Assembly (NCBI GenBank): GCA_003246295.1
Contig: QKAS01000053.1
Location: 46,948-110,947 of the forward strand
From: Clostridia bacterium
GTDB lineage: Bacteria > Bacillota > Clostridia > Lachnospirales > Lachnospiraceae
DNA length: 64,000 bases
Direction of reading: 5' to 3'
Both the position numbers and the translations under genes were made by a program. The notes beneath the pieces are model-generated. The model did not search any database. It had not been told where the DNA came from and saw only the letters and a program-made list of their open reading frames with translations. Of the stretch, positions 20,654 to 30,837 are shown piece after piece (positions within the stretch are counted from its first letter, which is position 1; each line of letters opens with the position of its first letter).

Positions 20654-21808
20654 CAGATTATTGAGATATTCAGTTGAAAGAAGCATAATAAGAATAAAAA
20701 GAATCAGATATACAGGCAATAGCCAGAACCCAAAGGATTTAGCAATTAATCCAAAAACAGGAGGCATGAAAGTACTTCCTACATAAGCAAAAGCCATTTG
20801 AATGCCCATTATAGATTGAGACAATTCAGTGCCAAACCGATTTGGAGTTTCATGTAACATAGCTGGGTAAATTGGAGCGAAACCAACTCCCATTAAAATG
20901 AAAGACACTAGGAATAAAAATGGATTTCCAGAAAATAGAAGAATAATACCTCCAGTCAAGCTGAGAAATTCACCTAAGCGGATTAATCGTCTATTATTTA
21001 TTTTTAGAGCAAGGAAGCCTGAGAAAAAGCGTCCTATGGTAATTCCAAAATAATAAAATGACACCCATCTTGCTGCGGATTTTGCATCCATTTCATGAAC
21101 ACTGACCAAGTATGTACTTCCCCAAAGCCCTAGTGTTAATTCGGCAGCACAATATGCGAAAAAAGCAATTAGTGCAGGTTTTGCACCTTTTAATTGAAAA
21201 ACCTTAATAATTCCAATTCCGGTAGCTTCAGTTTCTCCTAACGTACTTTTATAGTCGTGTTCAAATCGTTTCCAAAGCGGAAGAGAAAATAAAACAAGAA
21301 TCATAAGGGCTATTTGTATGATTGAAATAATGAAATAACCATTTCTCCAGTTTCCATTACTAGAAAGGTGGAATGACATAATAATAGGTCCAGTCGTGGC
21401 ACCTATCCCCCAAAAACAATGAAGCCAATTCATATGTGAAGATTTGTAATGTAACGCAACAAAATTGTTCAGAGCAGAATCAATGGCACCAGCACCAAGG
21501 CCAAGTGGGATGGCAATTGCAAAAAGCCAGATATAGTTTTGAGAAAAATAAGTAAGAAAAAGAGCAGAAGCAGTCAAAAAAATACTAACATTCGTAACAA
21601 CTCCTGTGCCATATTTTCGAATGAGTTTATCACTGAACAGACTTGATAGAATTGTTCCGCCAGAAACTGTCATGGCAATGAAACCAGCATAAGAGACTGG
21701 GGCACCTAAATCTTGCCGTATTACAGGCCATGCAGAGCCAAGAATGGAGTCTGGAAGACCAAGACTAATAAATGCCAAATAAATTAAAACAAGTAAAATT
21801 GTAGCCAT
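20633..21808 (-). CDS. MFS transporter
   Basis: 391 aa, about 12 TM segments, MFS-like loop motifs; convergent 21-nt overlap with azlD. Confidence 0.8.
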   Translation of the reverse strand: MATILLVLIYLAFISLGLPDSILGSAWPVIRQDLGAPVSYAGFIAMTVSGGTILSSLFSDKLIRKYGTGVVTNVSIFLTASALFLTYFSQNYIWLFAIAIPLGLGAGAIDSALNNFVALHYKSSHMNWLHCFWGIGATTGPIIMSFHLSSNGNWRNGYFIISIIQIALMILVLFSLPLWKRFEHDYKSTLGETEATGIGIIKVFQLKGAKPALIAFFAYCAAELTLGLWGSTYLVSVHEMDAKSAARWVSFYYFGITIGRFFSGFLALKINNRRLIRLGEFLSLTGGIILLFSGNPFLFLVSFILMGVGFAPIYPAMLHETPNRFGTELSQSIMGIQMAFAYVGSTFMPPVFGLIAKSFGFWLLPVYLILFILIMLLSTEYLNNLLHKKVK

Positions 21809-21838
21809 AAGAACCTCCTAACTGGAAATATAGCTAAG

Positions 21839-22852
21839 TTAAGATAACAGTGTTGATTTTATCATTGAGGATAAGCCCTGAAGATAATAATGGTCTGTAT
21901 TTTGAACATAGGTAAGTTCGGGCATGTGCTTTTGTGGGAGCATAGACATGCAACTTTCAGAAATTGGACCCATCATATTAATACTTATACTTTGTCCTGT
22001 TAACATAATGACATCTGGGTTAAGAATAGTTACGAATGCACATATGGTACGGGCTACAATGTCAGAATTTTCAGAGCGGGCCAGAGGGAGTCTGATTCTT
22101 CGTCCATGATCTTTTTCAAAGGGTAGAAAGGATACTTCACCAGCGAAGTTACTTTTTCCATGATGAACAGATCCATTAATAATGATTCCGGCACCAGAGC
22201 ATATGTTTTCAAAAAATGAGATAGCCACAACACATCGATTTTCTATGTATTTTTTCTCATGATACAAACCAAAGGCGATTAAATTCATATCATTTTCCAC
22301 TCGACATGAAAGTTGTAAATCTTTTTTTACCAACGCTGCAAGCGATAAACCTTCCAGTTCTATAATATCACAACTTTCAATAACTCCATCTGAAGTGATA
22401 ATACCTGGAAGACCAATACATACAGAAGAAAGTGTAGGAAATTCTTCTTTTAAATTCAGCAGACATTCTTTCATGGTTTCATAGTCAATGATTGTTTGAG
22501 ACAAGGATTTGCTGGCAATCACATGCCCTGAGAGATCAATAATATTATAAGATAAGGAAAAACGATTATTTTCGTTGGTAGCATATAAACAACAACCCAC
22601 TTGAAATAATTCGTTGATACGATATGTTTTAGAAGGACGTCCTGCAGAATTTGTTTTATTATCATCAGGGACGACTAAGATTTCACCAGCGGACTCGAGC
22701 TCATTTAAAATTGAATTACAGGTAGCAACACTCAATCCTGTTCTGGAAGCGGTCATTATTTTAGTTCCAGATCCCATTTCTAACAGGGCTTCTTTTATAA
22801 TTCTTGTATTTGTTTCCTTTACCTGTGATGTAGAACTTATAAGATGTTCCAT
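21839..22852 (-). CDS. ROK-family transcriptional regulator
   Basis: N-terminal winged HTH (ASRTGLSVATCNSILNELE) plus ROK sugar-kinase-like fold. Confidence 0.75.
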   Translation of the reverse strand: MEHLISSTSQVKETNTRIIKEALLEMGSGTKIMTASRTGLSVATCNSILNELESAGEILVVPDDNKTNSAGRPSKTYRINELFQVGCCLYATNENNRFSLSYNIIDLSGHVIASKSLSQTIIDYETMKECLLNLKEEFPTLSSVCIGLPGIITSDGVIESCDIIELEGLSLAALVKKDLQLSCRVENDMNLIAFGLYHEKKYIENRCVVAISFFENICSGAGIIINGSVHHGKSNFAGEVSFLPFEKDHGRRIRLPLARSENSDIVARTICAFVTILNPDVIMLTGQSISINMMGPISESCMSMLPQKHMPELTYVQNTDHYYLQGLSSMIKSTLLS

Positions 22853-23022
22853 AATACCTCCTGGTTTTTAAATGTATTATTATAATAGTTATAATAATTA
22901 GAATTTATCATTCTGTCAAGAGTATTATAAAATTAAACCTTCTAAATTCGATTTGTAAAACTGGACATGGTACTAGAATCAGAATTATAGTAAAATATAG
23001 ATAATATGAGTGGAGGTTCTGT

Positions 23023-23922
23023 ATGGAAAAAGCATATAAACTTGAGTTTAAGAATCAAAGTTCAAAAGAATTGTATCTAACGACTTGTGGCTGTTCTCAA
23101 ACAGAGCCCTTACACAGTTTTGGCCCGGCTGTAAGACCGCATTATCTGATTCATTTTGTGTTAAGTGGTGCTGGAAAATTTATTCTTGGAGGAAAAGAAT
23201 ATCCATTAAAAGCAGGATACGGATTTTTAATTGAGCCGGATGAACTTGCTTTTTATCAGTCGGATGAAATGAAACCATGGACATACATCTGGGTCGGATT
23301 TTCAGGAAGCCAGGCAGAAGAATATCTTACAAAAACAGGACTTTCAGCAAAACACCCTATCTTTGAATCAGATAAGGCAAAGGAATTATATGAGACTGTA
23401 AAGGATATGATGGAGCATAATACCTATAGTATTGCAAATGATATGCGCAGAAACGGGCTTCTTCGAGTTTTCCTTTCGATGATTGCTGAAAATGCCATGA
23501 TTCCTATGAGTGAAGAAGCTGATAAGGGGAATTACTATGTTCAAAAGGCGATTGAGTTTATTAGAAGCAATTACTATTCACCAATAAAAGTGACAGATGT
23601 AGCAGATTATGTTTGTATTAACCGTAGCTACTTGTATACTCTTTTTATGGAATCTCTTGAAATGTCCCCCCAGGAGTTTTTATCTTTGTTCAGGATTACA
23701 AAAGCATCACAATTGCTTGCAGTTACAACACTTTCGGTAGAAAGTATTGCCATATCGTGTGGGTATAGTGATCCATTAGTATTTGGAAAAGCCTTTCGAA
23801 AACTAAAAGGTGTCTCTCCATCACGCTTCAGAAAAGAAGTCTTGAATGGAGAAATAAGAAGATCACAGGGAGATTTAGAGCAAATTGAACACTTTATAAA
23901 AGAAATGCAGGAACAGAGTTAA
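23023..23922 (+). CDS. AraC-family transcriptional regulator (cupin sensor + HTH_18)
   Basis: C-terminal double HTH (VADYVCINRSYLYTLF, IAISCGYSDPLVFGKAFRK); upstream of galKT. Confidence 0.88.
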   Translation: MEKAYKLEFKNQSSKELYLTTCGCSQTEPLHSFGPAVRPHYLIHFVLSGAGKFILGGKEYPLKAGYGFLIEPDELAFYQSDEMKPWTYIWVGFSGSQAEEYLTKTGLSAKHPIFESDKAKELYETVKDMMEHNTYSIANDMRRNGLLRVFLSMIAENAMIPMSEEADKGNYYVQKAIEFIRSNYYSPIKVTDVADYVCINRSYLYTLFMESLEMSPQEFLSLFRITKASQLLAVTTLSVESIAISCGYSDPLVFGKAFRKLKGVSPSRFRKEVLNGEIRRSQGDLEQIEHFIKEMQEQS

Positions 23923-24030
23923 CATTTTGACTGAAATGAACAACATTGTATCAGCGAATATATTTTAGATACAAATTATAATAATAGATAAGAGTTCGTG
24001 AAATATTTGATCTGGAAAAAGGAGATCTGT

Positions 24031-25197
24031 ATGAAAGAAATATTATTAAAAAAATTTGAGGAAGTATTTGGTTCGTCACACGATGTACAAATTTATTTTG
24101 CACCAGGTAGAGTAAATATGATTGGGGAGCACACTGATTATAATGGTGGACATGTCTTTCCATGTGCATTAACAATTGGAACTTATGCGGCGGCCAGAGT
24201 TCGTGAGGATGATATCTGCAGATTTTATTCGATGAATTTTGAAGAGCTTGGTATCCTTGAATCATCTGTTTCAGGTCTCAAGTATGAAAAAGAAGCTGAT
24301 TGGACAAATTACCCGAAAGGCGTTATATGGGCATTTGGAGAAAAGGGACATCCAGTATTACGAGGGATGGATTTACTCCTTTTTGGAAACATACCTAATG
24401 GGTCAGGACTTTCTTCTTCAGCATCTGTAGAAGTGCTGACTGGATATATATTAAGAGATTTTTTTGGTTATCGTGTTACGAACCAGGATCTCGCGTTATA
24501 TGGACAGTATGCAGAAAATCATTTTAATGGTGTTAACTGCGGTATAATGGATCAGTTTTCTATTGCAATGGGGAAAAAGAACCATGCAATTTTTCTTGAT
24601 ACGGCAGATCTTAGTTATGAATATGCACCACTTGTATTAGAAGGGTATAAAATAGTAATTTCGGGCAGTAATAAAAAAAGAGGTCTTGGTGACTCAAAAT
24701 ATAATGAGAGAAGGTCCGAATGCGAGACTGCATTAAGTGAACTGCAGCAGGTGATAGGAATCAAATCGCTTGGTGATTTAACAGAAGAAATGTTTGAAAC
24801 TTACAAGTCTGCAATCAAAGATGAAATCAGAATAAAAAGAGCAAAACATGCAGTTTATGAAAATCAGAGAACAATCAGAGCAGTTGATGCTTTAAAGAAA
24901 AATAATTTAACAGAGTTTGGTAAACTGATGAATGAATCTCATATTTCTCTTCGTGATGACTATGAAGTGACAGGCCTTGAGCTTGATACGCTTGTGGAAG
25001 AGGCCTGGAAACAGGAAGGTGTGATTGGATCCAGAATGACAGGTGCTGGTTTTGGTGGATGCACGGTCAGTATTGTTAAAGAGGAAGCAGTAGATTCCTT
25101 TATACAAAATGTTGGTACTGCATATAAAGAGAAAATTGGATATGCAGCAGATTTTTATGTTGTAGAAATTGGAGATGGTCCATGCATCCTATCATAA
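24031..25197 (+). CDS. galK: galactokinase
   Basis: GRVNMIGEHTDYNGG signature, PNGSGLSSSAS ATP motif; start moved to ATG 24031 behind AAGGAGA. Confidence 0.95.
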   Translation: MKEILLKKFEEVFGSSHDVQIYFAPGRVNMIGEHTDYNGGHVFPCALTIGTYAAARVREDDICRFYSMNFEELGILESSVSGLKYEKEADWTNYPKGVIWAFGEKGHPVLRGMDLLLFGNIPNGSGLSSSASVEVLTGYILRDFFGYRVTNQDLALYGQYAENHFNGVNCGIMDQFSIAMGKKNHAIFLDTADLSYEYAPLVLEGYKIVISGSNKKRGLGDSKYNERRSECETALSELQQVIGIKSLGDLTEEMFETYKSAIKDEIRIKRAKHAVYENQRTIRAVDALKKNNLTEFGKLMNESHISLRDDYEVTGLELDTLVEEAWKQEGVIGSRMTGAGFGGCTVSIVKEEAVDSFIQNVGTAYKEKIGYAADFYVVEIGDGPCILS

Positions 25198-26765
25198 ATA
25201 ATAAAATTACGGCAAAAACACAACAGGATAAATTTATAAATATATATAGAGAGATAGACAGACTGATACAATATGCAGTTCTTACGGAGTTAATTCAAGA
25301 CATTGATATTATTTACACAAGAAATCGAATGATGGAATGTTTAAAACTATACGATTATTTAGAATTAGACCCTGAAAAAGATGTAAGGTATCTTGATTTA
25401 ATACAAAATTGTAAGAGAGAAGATCTTGAAGATATTTTAAGAAATATCAATGATTATGCTTTTTATAAGGGGATTATTACAGAAAACACAGTAACATCCA
25501 GAGATTTATTTGATACTTCCGTTATGTCTATACTTGTACCAAGACCTTCTGAGGTAGTTCATTCATTTTATAATGCGTATGAAGTGAGTGCAGAGGCAGC
25601 TACAGATTATTATTACCGTTTATGCCAGGATAATGACTATATCAGAAGATATCGAATTATGCATGATATTAAATGGAAAACAGAAACACAATATGGAGAA
25701 CTTGACATTACAATTAATCTGTCAAAACCTGAAAAAGATCCAAAAGAAATTGCTGCTGCAAAAAATGCAGCAGATGTAAGTTATCCAAAGTGTCTCTTAT
25801 GTATGGAAAATGAAGGCTATGCAGGAAGAATGAACCATCCTGCAAGACAGAATCATCGCATTATACCAATTACGATTCAAAATAAAAGGTGGGGACTTCA
25901 GTATTCACCATATGTTTATTATAATGAGCATTGCATAGTCATAAATGGACAACATGTTCCAATGCAGATTGATCGTGATACTTTTGTGAAATTAATGGAT
26001 TTTATTCATTTGTTTCCGCATTATTTTCTTGGCTCCAATGCAGATCTACCGATCGTAGGTGGTTCCATATTAAGCCATGATCATTTTCAAGGTGGACATT
26101 ACGAATTTCCAATGGCAAGGGCGGAGATAGAGCATACTTTTATTGTCAAGGGGTTTGAGGATATAGAGGCAGGAATTGTCAGATGGCCGATGTCCGTAAT
26201 TAGAATAAGATCCACAGATTCTGAAAGATTGATTGATTTGGCAGATTATATCCTAAACAAATGGAGAGGTTATTCTGATGAAGAGGCATTTATATTTGCC
26301 CAGACCGATGGGGAGCTGCATAATACAATTACCCCAATTGCCAGAAAAAGAGGTAATTTCTTCGAGTTTGATCTTGCGCTAAGAAATAATATTACGACAA
26401 AAGAACATCCAATGGGCTTGTTCCATCCACATGCAGATTTGCATCACATAAAGAAAGAAAATATAGGCTTAATTGAAGTGATGGGCCTTGCCATACTTCC
26501 TTCCCGTTTAAAAATGGAAATGGAATTGCTGATAAAGGCTATTTTAGAAGGAAAAGAGATTTCTAATGATGCATTGCTTGGAAAACATGCAGAATGGATA
26601 CACAAAATAATGAATCATTATGAATTTATAGATGAAAAGCATGTAAAAGAGGTTCTTCAAAAAGAAATGGGACTAGTATTTTTAAGAGTACTGGAGGACG
26701 CAGGTGTTTTTAAAAGAGATGAAGCAGGCTTTCGGGCATGGGATCGTTTCCTACACACCTTGTAA
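25182..26765 (+). CDS. galT: galactose-1-phosphate uridylyltransferase, type 2 (long Firmicutes form)
   Basis: 527 aa; SHDHFQGG active-site region; overlaps galK end. Confidence 0.9.
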   Translation: MHPIINNKITAKTQQDKFINIYREIDRLIQYAVLTELIQDIDIIYTRNRMMECLKLYDYLELDPEKDVRYLDLIQNCKREDLEDILRNINDYAFYKGIITENTVTSRDLFDTSVMSILVPRPSEVVHSFYNAYEVSAEAATDYYYRLCQDNDYIRRYRIMHDIKWKTETQYGELDITINLSKPEKDPKEIAAAKNAADVSYPKCLLCMENEGYAGRMNHPARQNHRIIPITIQNKRWGLQYSPYVYYNEHCIVINGQHVPMQIDRDTFVKLMDFIHLFPHYFLGSNADLPIVGGSILSHDHFQGGHYEFPMARAEIEHTFIVKGFEDIEAGIVRWPMSVIRIRSTDSERLIDLADYILNKWRGYSDEEAFIFAQTDGELHNTITPIARKRGNFFEFDLALRNNITTKEHPMGLFHPHADLHHIKKENIGLIEVMGLAILPSRLKMEMELLIKAILEGKEISNDALLGKHAEWIHKIMNHYEFIDEKHVKEVLQKEMGLVFLRVLEDAGVFKRDEAGFRAWDRFLHTL

Positions 26766-26786
26766 ATCAACTGATTTAATATTATG

Positions 26787-26823
26787 ATGTCTTATATATC
26801 GAAAGATATATAAGACATTTTTA
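26787..26823 (+). terminator. rho-independent terminator after galT
   Basis: perfect 14-bp stem atgtcttatatatc / gatatataagacat, GAAA loop, TTTT. Confidence 0.85.
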
Positions 26824-26883
26824 TGACCAAAATTATAATTATATAAAAAATATAATTATTTAAAAATGTAGATAGGAGTCAAA

Positions 26884-28569
26884 ATGAAATTACTACTGGT
26901 TGCAGTAAATGCAAAATACATTCATTCCAATCCGGCAGTTTATAGTTTGAAAGCATATGCCAGCCAATACCATGATCATATAAAGATTGCAGAATACACA
27001 ATTAATAATAGACGAGAAGAAATTCTTGCAGATCTTTATCAAAGATGTCCCGACTTGATCGCATTTTCCTGTTATATCTGGAATTGGGATTTGATTCAGG
27101 GGTTATTTGCAGACATAAAAAAATTACTCCCGAATGTAATAATATGGCTTGGAGGTCCGGAAGTAAGCTTTTTGCCAGAAGAGATATTACGTCAGCATGT
27201 AGAAGTACAAGGAATTATGTTAGGTGAAGGAGAAGAAACTTTTCTGGAGCTGACACATTATTATATTGATAAGACTTGTAAAATAGAAGAGATAGCAGGA
27301 ATCATCACAAGAGAAGGTAGAACAAGTCCTAGAAAGTTACTTGATATGGCAAAAATTCCGTTTTTATATCATGAGCCGAAAGTATTTGAGAATAGAATCA
27401 TATACTATGAATCCTCCAGAGGATGTCCATTTCGATGTAGCTATTGTCTATCGTCCATAGACAAAACTGTGAGACTTCGAGATTATGAACTTGTAAAACA
27501 GGAACTGAAATATCTCTTGGATAAAAAAGTTAAGCAGGTAAAATTTGTTGATAGAACATTTAATTGCAATCATGATCACACCATTAGAATATGGGAATTT
27601 TTAATAAAGAATGATAATGGTATTACAAATTTTCATTTTGAAGTATCTGCTGATATTTTACAGGATGATGAGTTGAAAATACTGTCCCATATGAGGCCGG
27701 GATTGGTGCAACTTGAAATTGGTGTGCAGAGTACGAATCCTAATACCTTGAAAGAAATTGATAGATATGCTGATTTTGAAACTTTAAAGGCAGCAGTTTC
27801 AAAAATTCAGTCCACAGATAATATACATATTCATCTCGATTTAATTGCTGGGCTTCCTTATGAAGATTTCGCAAGTTTTAAAAAATCATTTGATGAAGTA
27901 TATCAGATGAGACCTCATCAATTACAATTGGGATTTTTAAAAATATTAAAAGGTTCAAAAATGCATCAAAAAGCAAATGATTATGGAATTACTTATTCTT
28001 CTCATCCACCCTACGAAGTATTTCGGACAAAGTGGTTGGATTATGATGCAATTTTAACCCTGAAAAGAATAGAAGAAATGGTCGAAATATATTATAACAG
28101 TAATCAGTTTACTACGACACTAAGACTTTTACAGACTTGTTTTTCATCTGCCTTTACGATGTATTACGAACTTTCAAGGTTCTATGTAGAACACGAGTAC
28201 CATATTAAAACGCCTTCCAGAGTTGCAAGATATGAGGTGCTGTTGCAGTTTGCGTCAACGATTGATTCCCAGTATGCTAATCTTTATGCAGAAGCACTTA
28301 CATTTGACTGCTATTTGAGAGAAAATATGAAGAGTCGGCCAGTATTCTCTTATCAATTAGACGCATTGAAAGAGGAATTTAGAGAAATAAAGAAGCATAG
28401 AAACATCACAGGAAAAGAAAAACACTTAGAACCATTTTATTATCCTGTTTGGATTGATAGCAATCAGGTAAAAATGAAAAAGGAGAAACCCTGGATTATA
28501 TGTTTTGACTATACAAAAAGAAATCCGTTGACCTATGAGGCTTTCTATGAAGAGATTTCATACTCATAA
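26884..28569 (+). CDS. B12-binding-domain radical SAM protein (DUF4080-like C-terminus)
   Basis: CPFRCSYC CxxxCxxC cluster motif, N-terminal B12-like Rossmann region. Confidence 0.8.
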   Translation: MKLLLVAVNAKYIHSNPAVYSLKAYASQYHDHIKIAEYTINNRREEILADLYQRCPDLIAFSCYIWNWDLIQGLFADIKKLLPNVIIWLGGPEVSFLPEEILRQHVEVQGIMLGEGEETFLELTHYYIDKTCKIEEIAGIITREGRTSPRKLLDMAKIPFLYHEPKVFENRIIYYESSRGCPFRCSYCLSSIDKTVRLRDYELVKQELKYLLDKKVKQVKFVDRTFNCNHDHTIRIWEFLIKNDNGITNFHFEVSADILQDDELKILSHMRPGLVQLEIGVQSTNPNTLKEIDRYADFETLKAAVSKIQSTDNIHIHLDLIAGLPYEDFASFKKSFDEVYQMRPHQLQLGFLKILKGSKMHQKANDYGITYSSHPPYEVFRTKWLDYDAILTLKRIEEMVEIYYNSNQFTTTLRLLQTCFSSAFTMYYELSRFYVEHEYHIKTPSRVARYEVLLQFASTIDSQYANLYAEALTFDCYLRENMKSRPVFSYQLDALKEEFREIKKHRNITGKEKHLEPFYYPVWIDSNQVKMKKEKPWIICFDYTKRNPLTYEAFYEEISYS

Positions 28570-28606
28570 AGAAACACAACAGAATTGAATTTTATGGAGT
28601 GACAAT

Positions 28607-29269
28607 ATGAAAAAAACTTGTAAGACAGAATATATACATGATGTACTGAACCGATTAGACCGCTATTATGGAAATGAAGTCAGATGTTATCTGACGCATC
28701 AGAATGCCGGTGAATTACTCATAGCAACAATATTAAGTGCTCAATGCACTGATGCGCGTGTAAATATTGTAACCCAGACACTATTTAAGAAGTATCCAAC
28801 GATAGAATCTTTTGCAAAAGCTGATTTAAAAGAGCTGGAAAAAGAAATTCATTCTACAGGGTTTTATCACAATAAAGCAAAAAATATTATAGCATGCTGC
28901 AAAGAGCTAATAAATACATATGAAGGAGAGGTTCCATCAGATATAGAATCGTTGATAAAATTGCCCGGAGTTGGAAGAAAAACAGCAAATGTGATTAGAG
29001 GCAACATTTTTAATCAACCAAGTATTGTTGTGGATACTCATGTTAAGAGAATACCAAAAAAACTTGGATTTACAAATCAGGATGATCCTGTAAAGATAGA
29101 ATTTGAATTAATGAAGTTATTGCCGAAAGAATATTGGATTAGATATAACACACATATTATTAAGCATGGTCGTGAAATTTGTATTGCCAGAAGACCAAAA
29201 TGTAATGAATGCTTCTTAAATGATATTTGCCCAAATGCTCTGATTGATGAGAGAAGCAGATTGGATTAA
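28607..29269 (+). CDS. nth: endonuclease III
   Basis: HhH-GPD (LPGVGRKTANV), catalytic Lys/Asp region, C-x6-C-x2-C-x5-C cluster (CIARRPKCNECFLNDIC). Confidence 0.93.
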   Translation: MKKTCKTEYIHDVLNRLDRYYGNEVRCYLTHQNAGELLIATILSAQCTDARVNIVTQTLFKKYPTIESFAKADLKELEKEIHSTGFYHNKAKNIIACCKELINTYEGEVPSDIESLIKLPGVGRKTANVIRGNIFNQPSIVVDTHVKRIPKKLGFTNQDDPVKIEFELMKLLPKEYWIRYNTHIIKHGREICIARRPKCNECFLNDICPNALIDERSRLD

Positions 29270-29279
29270 GGAATAAAAA

Positions 29280-29993
29280 ATGATACAGAATTATATTGTA
29301 ATTGATGTTGAAACAACAGGCTTAGATCCTAAAAAAGATAAAATAATTGAAATTGGGGCTGTAAAAGTAAAAGATGGAGTTGTTGACAAAACTTACTCAA
29401 AATTAATCAATCCAGGTAGAAAATTATCATTACAGATCATTCAACTGACAGGAATCTCAAATGAAGATCTGATTCAAAAACCAGATATTAGCAATGTAAT
29501 TGCTGAGTTTCTTGATTTCATTGGTATAGATGACATTCCCATTATTGGACACAGCCTGATGTTCGATTATGCCTTTTTAAAAAGAGCAGCAGTTAATCAT
29601 AAACTATCATTTGAAAAGAGTGGTATTGATACGTTAAAGATTGCTAGAAAATATCTAAAAGGCTTGGAAAGCAGAAATTTGAATTACTTATGCTCCTATT
29701 TTGGAATAGCACATGAAGCACATAGAGCATTAGCGGATGCCTATGCAACACATGAACTATTTCAAAAACTTCAAACATTATTCAATAATCTGGAGGAAAG
29801 CGATAAAGATTTTAAACCAAGGCCTCTTAATTATCAGGTAAAAAAAGAGGGACCGGCAAGTAAGCGGCAAAAAGAAAGAATCAGGCAATTATTAGAACAA
29901 CATAACCTGATTCCTGAATATGACATTGATCTGCTTACAAAGAATGAGGCAAGTCGCTATGCGGATCAAATTCTTGCAACATACGGACGATAG
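29280..29993 (+). CDS. DEDDh 3'-5' exonuclease (DnaQ/epsilon-like)
   Basis: ExoI IDVETTG, ExoII GHSLMFDYAFL, ExoIII HRALADA. Confidence 0.85.
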   Translation: MIQNYIVIDVETTGLDPKKDKIIEIGAVKVKDGVVDKTYSKLINPGRKLSLQIIQLTGISNEDLIQKPDISNVIAEFLDFIGIDDIPIIGHSLMFDYAFLKRAAVNHKLSFEKSGIDTLKIARKYLKGLESRNLNYLCSYFGIAHEAHRALADAYATHELFQKLQTLFNNLEESDKDFKPRPLNYQVKKEGPASKRQKERIRQLLEQHNLIPEYDIDLLTKNEASRYADQILATYGR

Positions 29994-30567
29994 GGTTTTT
30001 CATAACAGACTGAAGTGTTTTAGCAGTCTCGAGTAATTCATTTATTTTAGAAGGATAACCAGTCTGATGATAAATAGAAGCAAGAAGTCTGTAACTACCA
30101 CTTACATCTGAATGGGTTGAAATTGCAAACTCAAGAAGTTGTTGTGTTTCTTTTAAATAACCATTTTCATATAAAATGAGAGCCCATTTCTGAAGAGTTC
30201 TAGCAAGTAGTGTATAGTCTTGATCATATTGTGATAAAATTTTTAAATTAGCAGCACCATATTTTAATTTAAGGTCAGTATTTGAAAGACCAGTCAGGTT
30301 TACAATCTTCTTTTCTGAGAGATTATTGATGGTCTGGTGAATTTCGATGATGACAGGATCATCCTTCATAATATCGAAGGGAAAAGCATCCATCGGAAGT
30401 CTGACATATGGAAGAGCATCCAGAGGCTTTTTACGTGTGGCGTTTGCACGTGATTCCCGATCCCAAAAGCTCTCTTCCTGCATACGTGCAATTTTTGTAT
30501 TCTTACGAATCTCATAGGCAATTAGTATGATAAGTACAATAAAACTTGCAAAATAAGGTAGAATCAT
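29935..30567 (-). CDS. hypothetical membrane-anchored protein with helical-repeat (TPR-like) C-terminal part
   Basis: 210 aa ORF, N-terminal TM; no recognised catalytic motif; 59-nt convergent overlap with exonuclease gene. Confidence 0.55.
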   Translation of the reverse strand: MILPYFASFIVLIILIAYEIRKNTKIARMQEESFWDRESRANATRKKPLDALPYVRLPMDAFPFDIMKDDPVIIEIHQTINNLSEKKIVNLTGLSNTDLKLKYGAANLKILSQYDQDYTLLARTLQKWALILYENGYLKETQQLLEFAISTHSDVSGSYRLLASIYHQTGYPSKINELLETAKTLQSVMKNPIVRMLQEFDPHSDLPHSL

Positions 30568-30639
30568 TTATAATATCCTTTCAGTGGATTTAGGTTTTGA
30601 GAGTGGATAAATAGGTCCTCTCGCAGATAGGAGTATACT

Positions 30640-30747
30640 ATGTTTAATATGAATAACAAGAAAACAAAACAGATTATTTCGTCGGTTATTATTATCATTC
30701 TAGTCATTGCAATGGTATTACCGACTTTATTATATTTTGTATCTTAA
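30640..30747 (+). CDS. candidate 35-aa small membrane protein
   Basis: Hand-found ORF MFNMNNKKTKQIISSVIIIILVIAMVLPTLLYFVS, absent from the ORF track (too short). AGGAG 6 nt upstream; Lys-rich N-terminus plus one TM. Confidence 0.4.
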   Translation: MFNMNNKKTKQIISSVIIIILVIAMVLPTLLYFVS

Positions 30748-30837
30748 TTTATTTTATACAATATGAAAGAAGTAGTCAATGAATGGATGAAAGGAACCAT
30801 TTATTGCGTCTGTGTATACAGACAGGAGGTTTATAAA

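Noticed and set aside
23951-24265. 104-aa minus-strand ORF across the galK start
   Set aside because: It overlaps the galK RBS and N-terminus, which carries the galactokinase signature, and has no support of its own.
29935-29993. 59-nt convergent overlap of the exonuclease gene and the membrane-protein gene, a possible antisense regulation site
   Set aside because: Overlap of convergent 3' ends is common in compact genomes, and the true stop or start of the hypothetical gene is uncertain. There is no additional structure to support a function.
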